Part shown: piece after piece, positions 18,474-25,717 of the stretch
Layout: each line of letters starts with the position of its first letter
Numbering within the stretch: the first letter of the stretch is position 1
Source: a virus
Virus genome (UHGV): UHGV-2051569
DNA: 32,262 nucleotides
Strand: one strand, 5' to 3'
The notes under the pieces: generated by a model
The model's input: the letters and a program-made list of their open reading frames with translations, nothing else
Told to the model about the DNA's origin: nothing
Database searches by the model: none
Made by a program: the position numbers and the translations under genes

Positions 18474-18549
18474 AGTATTTCCTGTTTGAATTTATCGGTT
18501 AGTCACTGCATCGGGCGGAGTTACCGCCCGGTTTCTGGTCTGCGGTTTA

Positions 18550-19404
18550 TCAGCAGTCGGTCAGCAGCTCATCGCCACCACCGCCGCTGGCTTTCGTGCG
18601 TCGCGGCTGGCTGAAACTTTCGGTTTTGTCGAGGGTGGCTTTCAGGGCGGAAAATGCCTGGCTGGTTTCTTCAATCTTGCCGGTCAGTTCCTGTTTAAAG
18701 GTGGTAAGCGCAGCTTCCATAGCGGAAAGACGCTTATCCTGCGCAGTGAGGTTGGTCTGCACATGCTCGCTGACGGTGGTCACCGCTTCATGCACATCAT
18801 TCAGGCGCGCATCGTCGCTGACCTGCTTACGGCTGAAAATGGCTTTCACCTTATCTGCCAGGCTGTTTAGCACCGTATCGGGAACGTCTTCAAATTCCAG
18901 TTCGGCCAGCGTGGCAGCGGAAAAGACGTTTTCAGGGTTGGCCTTAAAGCGCTGCAGAGGGTTGTGCTTCGCGTTGCGGCAGAATTCGAGGTATTCAGTG
19001 CCGAGGCTCGCCGGGTCATCGGTGACAGCAAGGCCGACGAGGTAGCATTTGCCGGTATTGGCAAAATTCGGCTGAATTTCCATTGAGGTGTAGACCTTCT
19101 GCAATTTTTTATTCATCGCAATCAGGTCGTCGGTTGGGGTGATTCTGGCGAACAACGCCCATTTGCCGTTAAGCGCAGAATCGTCGTCAATTATTTCAGC
19201 TTTCAGTTCAACCACATCGCCTAAGCGTTTGAAGTCGCCATCAGGAAAGAGACCGCGAATATGCTCAAGGTTAATGCGGCAACCGTAGACGCGAGGGTCA
19301 AACGATTCGGCCATTTCCTGAATATCGTTGCCGCTGATAATGCGGCCGTCGCAGGTGTCACCCTCGACGCCGATGCGAAAGAATTTTGAGACTTTTTTTG
19401 CCAT
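18550..19404 (-). CDS. O: Capsid scaffolding protein O
   Basis: 284-aa ORF at the head of the O-N-M-L operon, divergent from P. Confidence 0.9.
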   Translation of the reverse strand: MAKKVSKFFRIGVEGDTCDGRIISGNDIQEMAESFDPRVYGCRINLEHIRGLFPDGDFKRLGDVVELKAEIIDDDSALNGKWALFARITPTDDLIAMNKKLQKVYTSMEIQPNFANTGKCYLVGLAVTDDPASLGTEYLEFCRNAKHNPLQRFKANPENVFSAATLAELEFEDVPDTVLNSLADKVKAIFSRKQVSDDARLNDVHEAVTTVSEHVQTNLTAQDKRLSAMEAALTTFKQELTGKIEETSQAFSALKATLDKTESFSQPRRTKASGGGGDELLTDC

Positions 19405-19569
19405 TGTCAGGAGTCCTGAGGTTGAGGTTACTGGTCACCGCCAGTTTCCAGACTCAGGACACGCCAGACCACCAATGACGACTGGACAACCGCCCACACA
19501 ACAGCACCTTAGCGAATCACTGACGGCCATTAAGTAGCCTTGCCCTGAATCCACTACGGCGAGGCATCA

Positions 19570-21339
19570 ATGACCAATTCCACCGATACAACCTTGTTGC
19601 ATGACCCGCGACGGCAGGCATCGCTGCTTTACTGGCAGGGTTTTTCCGTGCCACAGATTGCCGAAATGCTGCAGGTCAAGCGCCCGACCGTGCAGAGCTG
19701 GAAGCAGCGCGACGGCTGGGACGGCATCGCGCCGATTTCCCGCGTTGAAAGCAGCCTTGAGGCTAGGCTGATTCAGCTCATCGCCAAGCCGCAAAAGACA
19801 GGGGGTGATTTCAAAGAGATTGACCTACTCGGACGGCAGATTGAACGGTTGGCGCGAGTCAACCGCTACAGCCAGACCGGCAACGAAGCCGACCTTAACC
19901 CCAACGTCGCCAACCGCAACAAAGGGGAGCGCAAAAAGCCGAAAAAGAATTTTTTCAGCGACGAGGCTATCGATAAACTAGAGGAATTATTTTTCGACCA
20001 GTCTTTCGAGTACCAGTTGCAGTGGTACCGCGCAGGACTGGAGCACCGTATTCGTGACATTCTCAAATCCCGCCAGATTGGCGCGACATTCTATTTCTCC
20101 CGCGAGGCACTGCTGCGCGCACTCAAAACCGGCCATAACCAGATATTTTTATCAGCCAGTAAAACGCAGGCTTACGTGTTCCGCGAATACATCATCCAGT
20201 TTGCGCGACTGGTCGACGTTGACCTGACTGGCGACCCGATTGTCATCGGTAACAACGGCGCAAAACTGATTTTTCTCGGTACCAATTCCAACACCGCGCA
20301 GAGCCATAACGGCGATCTGTATGTCGATGAAATATTCTGGATCCCGAATTTTCAGAAACTGCGCAAAGTCGCCTCGGGCATGGCCTCGCAAAAGCACCTG
20401 CGCTCGACCTATTTTTCGACACCTTCCACGCTGGCGCACGGCGCTTACCCCTTCTGGTCTGGCGAGCTGTTCAACAAGGGGCGCAGCCGGATTGCCGACC
20501 GCATCGAAATCGACATCAGTCACAGCGCGCTTGCCGGTGGCCAGCTCTGCGACGATGGCCAGTGGCGGCAGATTGTCACCATTGAGGACGCCCTTGCGGG
20601 TGGCTGCACCCTGTTCGACCTCGACCAGCTCAAACGCGAAAACAGTGATGAGGACTTTAAGAACCTGTTTATGTGCGAGTTTGTCGACGATAAAGCGTCG
20701 GTATTCCCGTTCGAGGAGCTGCAGCGCTGCATGGTCGATGTGATGGAGGAATGGGAGGACTTTGCCCCGTTCGCCGACCATCCGTTCGGCTCTCGTCCTG
20801 TCTGGATTGGCTACGACCCGTCACACACCGGCGACAGTGCCGGGTGCGTCGTGCTCGCGCCGCCGGTGGTCTCTGGTGGCAAGTTCCGCATGCTGGAGCG
20901 CCACCAGTGGAAGGGCATGGATTTTGCAGCACAGGCAGAGGGCATCCGCAAGCTGACCGAGAAATACAACGTCGAATACATCGGCATTGACGCAACCGGC
21001 CTCGGTCTCGGCGTGTTCCAGCTGGTGCGCTCATTTTACCCGGCGGCACGCGGCATCCGTTACACACCTGAAATGAAAACCGCAATGGTACTCAAGGCGA
21101 AAGACACCATTCGCCGTGGCTGTCTGGAGTACGACGCCGGAGCAACCGACGTCACGCAGTCGTTTATGTCCATCCGCAAAACCATGACCAGCAGCGGGCG
21201 CAGCGCCACCTATGAGGCCAGCCGCACCGAGGAAGCCAGCCACGCCGATATCGCATGGGCGACCATGCACGCCCTGTTAAACGAACCGCTTTCTGCCGGT
21301 AGCGGCATGCAGCCTAAATCTATTCTGGAGTTCAACTAA
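19570..21339 (+). CDS. P: Terminase large (ATPase) subunit P
   Basis: 589-aa ORF, divergent from O, directly upstream of the portal gene. Confidence 0.95.
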   Translation: MTNSTDTTLLHDPRRQASLLYWQGFSVPQIAEMLQVKRPTVQSWKQRDGWDGIAPISRVESSLEARLIQLIAKPQKTGGDFKEIDLLGRQIERLARVNRYSQTGNEADLNPNVANRNKGERKKPKKNFFSDEAIDKLEELFFDQSFEYQLQWYRAGLEHRIRDILKSRQIGATFYFSREALLRALKTGHNQIFLSASKTQAYVFREYIIQFARLVDVDLTGDPIVIGNNGAKLIFLGTNSNTAQSHNGDLYVDEIFWIPNFQKLRKVASGMASQKHLRSTYFSTPSTLAHGAYPFWSGELFNKGRSRIADRIEIDISHSALAGGQLCDDGQWRQIVTIEDALAGGCTLFDLDQLKRENSDEDFKNLFMCEFVDDKASVFPFEELQRCMVDVMEEWEDFAPFADHPFGSRPVWIGYDPSHTGDSAGCVVLAPPVVSGGKFRMLERHQWKGMDFAAQAEGIRKLTEKYNVEYIGIDATGLGLGVFQLVRSFYPAARGIRYTPEMKTAMVLKAKDTIRRGCLEYDAGATDVTQSFMSIRKTMTSSGRSATYEASRTEEASHADIAWATMHALLNEPLSAGSGMQPKSILEFN

Positions 21340-21340
21340 A

Positions 21341-22387
21341 ATGGGTAAACAAAAATCCCGTAAAGCCAACGCACAAAAGGCCAGCAAACCACAACAACTG
21401 ACCGCCAGCACACCGCCAAAAACGACAGCGTTCACCTTCGGCGAGCCGGTGCCGGTACTCGATAAGCGCGACATTCTGGATTACGTCGAGTGCATCAGTA
21501 ACGGCAAATGGTACGAGCCGCCGGTCAGCTTCTCAGGGCTGGCAAAGAGCCTGCGCTCTGCCGTGCATCACAGCTCGCCAATTTATGTTAAGCGTAACGT
21601 GCTCGCGAGCACCTACATTCCGCACCCGTTGTTATCCCGTCAGGATTTCAGCCGCTTTGCGCTCGATTATCTGGTGTTCGGTAACGCCTTTCTTGAGCAG
21701 CGCCACAGCGTCACCGGCCAGTTAATCAAACTGCTGGCCTCGCCAGCCAAATACACCCGACGCGGAGTCGACGATTCGATTTTCTGGTTTGTGGAAAACT
21801 TCACCCAGCCGCACGAGTTCGCGCCTGATACCGTGTTTCACCTGCTGGAGCCCGACATTAATCAGGAGATTTACGGCCTGCCCGAATATCTCAGCGCGCT
21901 AAATTCCGCCTGGCTGAATGAATCCGCGACGCTGTTCCGCCGCAAGTATTATCAGAACGGCGCGCACGCGGGTTACATCATGTATGTGACTGACCCGGCG
22001 CAGAGCGCGACCGACGTCGAATCGCTGCGCGAGGCGATGCGCAACTCAAAAGGGCTCGGCAACTTTAAGAACCTGTTTTTCTACGCTCCCGGCGGAAAAC
22101 CGGACGGCATCAAAATCGTGCCACTGAGCGAGGTCGCCACAAAGGATGACTTTTTCAACATCAAGAAGGCCAGTGCCGCCGATCTGATGGACGCGCACCG
22201 CGTACCGTTCCAGCTCATGGGCGGCAAGCCCGAGAATATCGGTTCACTCGGTGATGTTGAGAAGGTGGCAAAGGTATTTGTGCGCAACGAGCTGTCGCCG
22301 CTACAGGACAGGTTCAGGGAGGTAAATGACTGGCTCGGCATGGAGGTCATCAGATTCAAAGAGTACACCCTCGACAACCCAGAATAA
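21341..22387 (+). CDS. Q: Portal protein Q
   Basis: 348-aa ORF translationally coupled to P and transcribed towards cos, as in P2. Confidence 0.95.
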   Translation: MGKQKSRKANAQKASKPQQLTASTPPKTTAFTFGEPVPVLDKRDILDYVECISNGKWYEPPVSFSGLAKSLRSAVHHSSPIYVKRNVLASTYIPHPLLSRQDFSRFALDYLVFGNAFLEQRHSVTGQLIKLLASPAKYTRRGVDDSIFWFVENFTQPHEFAPDTVFHLLEPDINQEIYGLPEYLSALNSAWLNESATLFRRKYYQNGAHAGYIMYVTDPAQSATDVESLREAMRNSKGLGNFKNLFFYAPGGKPDGIKIVPLSEVATKDDFFNIKKASAADLMDAHRVPFQLMGGKPENIGSLGDVEKVAKVFVRNELSPLQDRFREVNDWLGMEVIRFKEYTLDNPE

Positions 22388-22417
22388 CTTAGGCCGCCAC
22401 AATCTCTGCGCTCATTA

Positions 22418-22446
22418 TTGAAGATGCAATCTGCGAAAGCTATAGT
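22418..22446 (+). promoter_or_regulatory. Candidate sigma70 promoter for the post-portal cargo gene
   Basis: TTGAAG, 17-bp spacer, TATAGT, ending about 18 bp before the ATG at 22465. Confidence 0.4.
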
Positions 22447-22464
22447 GCATCGAATATCAAAACA

Positions 22465-23469
22465 ATGGGCGCGGAGATTAATATTTTGGAAACTGATTTT
22501 AAAATAACCCTCGAAGGTTTCGCTACTGAGCAAGAAGCAAATAATATCGGTAATTTCACACTAGAAGCTATCCGAGCTTTAACAAAAAATCTCAATCTTG
22601 ATATCTCCAAATTAAAATGCGTGATTGTTTCCTATAACTTCAGTGAAGCTCTTCAAAAGGTAACATCCTCTTACCAACACAAATCCCCTAGTTCATTTAC
22701 CAATAGCAAACAGGGCGCAGCCGTCGGGCAGTTAGTAACAAAAATTGGCAATGATGGGCTATGTGAAGAATATACCCTTGTGCTATCGATTGATTTTTTT
22801 GTTGAGCTTTTCAATGATGGTAGCTTCTTAAAACTGAAAGAAGAAGGATACCTCGCAGTCATCCATCGCATTCACCATGAATTAGTGCACGTACATGAAA
22901 AAAACTTACTAACATGCTTAGCCCAAAACTTTACAGTCAACGAGTATGGTAGCGCGCTTCTTATCTCAGCCACGCGTGCGTGGTCTGAATATCTCGCTAA
23001 TTACATGTCTTCGGGGTCTGCCCCTCAAGAAACTATCGATTTATTTTTAGAGAATCTTGACACTGTTGTAAATGAAGTATCTGACGAGATTGAAAAACTC
23101 ATCTGGGGTTATAAGTACGGTAATATTTCTCTGAATGACATGTATCTCGAAGTAAAAAAACGTATCAGGCTAATCATCAACTCTTATGCTTATGCGATGG
23201 GTTATGTCCATTCTCTAAACATCAATATTAAAGAATACGATCCAAAGCTATCCCTTACACTATCCAACTCAAAGATAAGATATCAATTATCAGAATTAGG
23301 CATTGCTTTTCAGAATCTTTATGGGAAGTTTAATGACCAGCACATTACAGGTTTTGGTGATTTTCGGGAGATAACAATAATCATTGATGAAATATTCAAG
23401 CAGTTTGGGCTTGTTTTAGAGTGTCCCGATTGGTCTGGCGACGGTGAACTCTACATACATGTAAATTAG
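22465..23469 (+). CDS. Cargo gene between portal and cos: hypothetical protein with an HExxH motif (possible metallopeptidase-like)
   Basis: 334-aa AT-rich ORF containing ...AVIHRIHHELVHVHEKN...; no obvious RBS; located between the Q stop and the cos-like site. Confidence 0.55.
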   Translation: MGAEINILETDFKITLEGFATEQEANNIGNFTLEAIRALTKNLNLDISKLKCVIVSYNFSEALQKVTSSYQHKSPSSFTNSKQGAAVGQLVTKIGNDGLCEEYTLVLSIDFFVELFNDGSFLKLKEEGYLAVIHRIHHELVHVHEKNLLTCLAQNFTVNEYGSALLISATRAWSEYLANYMSSGSAPQETIDLFLENLDTVVNEVSDEIEKLIWGYKYGNISLNDMYLEVKKRIRLIINSYAYAMGYVHSLNINIKEYDPKLSLTLSNSKIRYQLSELGIAFQNLYGKFNDQHITGFGDFREITIIIDEIFKQFGLVLECPDWSGDGELYIHVN

Positions 23470-23688
23470 TTTAATCATAGTAGAAACATAATTAGCAGTT
23501 TGAATCCTGCCACTCCTGTAAAGCCGCTGCTCCTGGTGGCTTTTCCATGCACACCACCATCACGCATCAGATGCGTCTCACGCGCACGAACACACCCGAC
23601 CACCAACGAACCAGCAGCGACCACGACAGCGCCATCACGACGCGCTCAGAGGATAATTTTTATTATTACGCATCACTGCTGGCGCGCA

Positions 23689-23707
23689 ATGCTTTCCCCG
23701 CCACGCC
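23689..23707 (-). other. cos cohesive-end site
   Basis: Minus strand reads GGCGTGGCGGGGAAAGCAT, matching the 19-nt cohesive end of P2/186-type phages as recalled; GC-rich flanks with repeated GTGATG/GGTGG motifs. Confidence 0.7.
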
Positions 23708-23852
23708 TGCCCGCTTTATGGGTCGGTTTTAATGCAGTTGCATGACCTCGCTTTAGCTAAGCTACTACCGGTACTCCTTATGTTTTGGCGGTTGGATCAA
23801 CGCATGCAAAAAAATGCAGTGGCATGCACACATTCATTACATCTTATTTATC

Positions 23853-24569
23853 TTATCGAACCCTTTTTTCCAGATTGAGTAGGGCTTTTTTGCATTTTTT
23901 TTGATTAATAAACGTTCTATCCAGTATCTTTATATGAAACATCATTACTCTATTGAAGCAAATAAACATTTCTCGGGCATCCTGGCCAACAATCAGAAAC
24001 GACTCGCCATTAATATTTGGAATGTTGCTATTCTTCGATAAATCATCAAATGCCTCAGAGCCACGTTCATTTCTATACATTTCTTTAATAGCCATTACTT
24101 CATCGTGGCGAACGATATTAATCCAAATTAATTTATCTACAGTCAACAATTGCCCATACTCTAAGAAAAATACTCCCTTGGCTAACCAGGTGCCGTATTG
24201 GTAAATCTCCCTACCATTTAGGGGTAATGTTATCTGCGCACCTTTTTTTGTATGCCTAACACTCTGGAATGCTTCACGAAATTTCGAGTCTTTTCTTTTA
24301 AGCGCATTATGGAATTTATTAACAGCATCAAAGCTGCCTGTTGAGTGCTCTCCTACCATGCGGCAAATGACACCTAACACCTCGTCAATTCGGCTTTTAT
24401 CGCCATTGCACTTTTTGCATACATAGAAATCACCTTCGCCGTTGGTTCTATGAATGGAGACTGAAACTTGCGGAATCATGTGTTCAACTGAGCGGCAGTG
24501 GGGGTGATTTTCAACCTTATTCATGAGAACACCGCAATAAACGCAGTGTGTGCTTGGTTTCATATACAT
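23853..24569 (-). CDS. Cargo gene: HNH (His-Me finger) nuclease-domain protein with an uncharacterised C-terminal domain
   Basis: N-terminal CVYCG ... VEHMIPQ ... N ... CKKCNGDKS fits the Cys4 plus catalytic His/Asn HNH pattern; AT-rich; start uncertain (24644, 24569 or 24563; a weak AAGGG RBS precedes the inner ATGs). Confidence 0.6.
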   Translation of the reverse strand: MYMKPSTHCVYCGVLMNKVENHPHCRSVEHMIPQVSVSIHRTNGEGDFYVCKKCNGDKSRIDEVLGVICRMVGEHSTGSFDAVNKFHNALKRKDSKFREAFQSVRHTKKGAQITLPLNGREIYQYGTWLAKGVFFLEYGQLLTVDKLIWINIVRHDEVMAIKEMYRNERGSEAFDDLSKNSNIPNINGESFLIVGQDAREMFICFNRVMMFHIKILDRTFINQKKCKKALLNLEKRVR

Positions 24570-24665
24570 TGCCCTTACAATGTCTAATGACGAATGAGTA
24601 GCACTAAAATAACACAAATCTGATGGTGGGATGTCAGCCCCCATGCTTTAGATTGGACATACGAA

Positions 24666-24688
24666 AACCGGCTTTAATAGTGCCGGTT
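24666..24688 (-). terminator. Candidate intrinsic terminator separating the tum-like operon from the HNH gene
   Basis: Stem aaccggc/gccggtt with a 9-nt loop, followed on the minus strand by TTTTCGTAT. Confidence 0.35.
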
Positions 24689-24710
24689 TGGGCCAATCTC
24701 TACGGAACAG

Positions 24711-24782
24711 ACTAACCCCTAGAGGGACTCGTTGTTCAACCCTCCAGTACCGAAAGCAAGTTTCAGCGCCGACGGCGTTCGC
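24711..24782. repeat. ~70-bp imperfect direct repeat, copy A
   Basis: actaacccctagagggactcgttgttcaaccctccagtaccgaaagcaagtttcagcgccgacggcgttcg aligns at roughly 80% with copy B. Confidence 0.55.
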
Positions 24783-24991
24783 TATCTTCGACATGGTGGT
24801 GGCGCATATTGTGTCGGCCTGCTGATATCGTTCAGCTTATCGTAGTTATCCCTGACTATTTCTGCACACCCGACCAATTCCGCTGGCGTCAGGTTCTCAT
24901 TGACCATTATCGTCTGCAAGCGATGAACGATAGCCATCAGTTTTATGCTTTTAGTTTTGTGCTGCGGAATTTCGCCCGGTAGTCGATGCAT
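24782..24991 (-). CDS. Hypothetical small protein, distal gene of the LexA-boxed operon
   Basis: 69-aa ORF with a GAGGG RBS about 8 nt upstream; its 3' end runs into repeat copy A. Confidence 0.45.
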   Translation of the reverse strand: MHRLPGEIPQHKTKSIKLMAIVHRLQTIMVNENLTPAELVGCAEIVRDNYDKLNDISRPTQYAPPPCRR

Positions 24992-25113
24992 ATTATCGCC
25001 CTCAATGAATTTTATTCAGTGCTGTCAAAGCGCCACTATAAAATCCTCTAAGGTAACGTCCCATTAATCACCGGTGTGTAACCAATAAAACATCGAGAAA
25101 GTTTGAAAGGTAG

Positions 25114-25185
25114 AACTAACGCCTCTCGGAGCCAGTTTCAACCCCGCCAGCACTGAAAGCAAGATTCAGCACCGACGGCGTTTGT
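25114..25185. repeat. ~70-bp imperfect direct repeat, copy B
   Basis: actaacgcctctcggagccagtttcaaccccgccagcactgaaagcaagattcagcaccgacggcgtttg lies immediately 3' of the DinI-like gene stop. Confidence 0.55.
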
Positions 25186-25418
25186 TAATGCAGCCAGCTA
25201 TCGTCCTCCCATACCTGCTGCATGATTTCCATTACTCGTTTTTTATCTTCGTCCAGTTTCAAACCGCTTAACTCAACGCCATTAGCTGAGCCCTTACGAA
25301 TGCGGATAGCAGTCTTTGGGTAAATAGGTTGAAGATTGCGGTACAGCTCAGCCTCAAGTGCATCCAACGTTGCCTGACTAATTTTTTGCTCTTTATCCAA
25401 CGTGATATTGATTCTCAT
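25185..25418 (-). CDS. DinI-like protein (Tum-like antirepressor domain)
   Basis: 77-aa MRINITLDKEQKISQATLDALEAELYRNLQ...EDKKRVMEIMQQVWEDDSWLH aligns along its length with E. coli DinI as recalled; sits downstream of the LexA box. Confidence 0.8.
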   Translation of the reverse strand: MRINITLDKEQKISQATLDALEAELYRNLQPIYPKTAIRIRKGSANGVELSGLKLDEDKKRVMEIMQQVWEDDSWLH

Positions 25419-25421
25419 AAT

Positions 25422-25604
25422 CTAATCAGCCTTATAAAAATTATCATCTTCGGTTTCGTTATTTTCGCTGTTTGCTAGGTCTGCAATGAGAGTGAGCGCG
25501 AGCTTTAAGTCTGATGGCTTGCAGTTTGCAATCAGAGATACCTCGGCAATAAATTGCACACAAGCCCACTTTTGCTGCGTTCGGCTGAAATGTTCGCCAA
25601 CCAT
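25422..25604 (-). CDS. Small acidic protein, first gene after the LexA box; possibly the N-terminal part of an interrupted tum-like gene
   Basis: 60-aa ORF with a GGGAGGG RBS; it ends in TAG, followed by ATT and then the in-frame ATG of the DinI-like ORF. Confidence 0.5.
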   Translation of the reverse strand: MVGEHFSRTQQKWACVQFIAEVSLIANCKPSDLKLALTLIADLANSENNETEDDNFYKAD

Positions 25605-25624
25605 GAAATCCCTCCCATAGGGTT

Positions 25625-25642
25625 ACTGTATATTTATACAGT
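25625..25642 (-). promoter_or_regulatory. LexA (SOS) box overlapping the promoter of the tum-like operon
   Basis: tACTGTATATTTATACAGTa, a near-perfect CTGT-N8-ACAG palindrome about 20 bp upstream of the 60-aa ORF start. Confidence 0.75.
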
Positions 25643-25717
25643 AGCACGTATTGGCAAAAGATGGGAAGAAAAAAAACGAATAGAGCGATTGCTGTATGTG
25701 CATGATATGGATATGAA

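Noticed and set aside
19405-19569. Divergent O/P late-promoter region scanned for TGT-N12-ACA Ogr sites
   Set aside because: I could not find a clean TGT-N12-ACA dyad by eye in this interval, so no promoter coordinates are asserted, although late promoters must lie here.
20152-21085. Minus-strand ORFs (138-209 aa) antisense to terminase P
   Set aside because: Fully embedded in the terminase gene; Arg/Cys-rich composition typical of antisense frames in GC-rich DNA.
24711-25185. Possibility that the paired ~70-bp repeats are a CRISPR array
   Set aside because: There are only two copies, about 80% identical, about 400 bp apart, each overlapping a gene end; no regular repeat-spacer periodicity and no cas genes.
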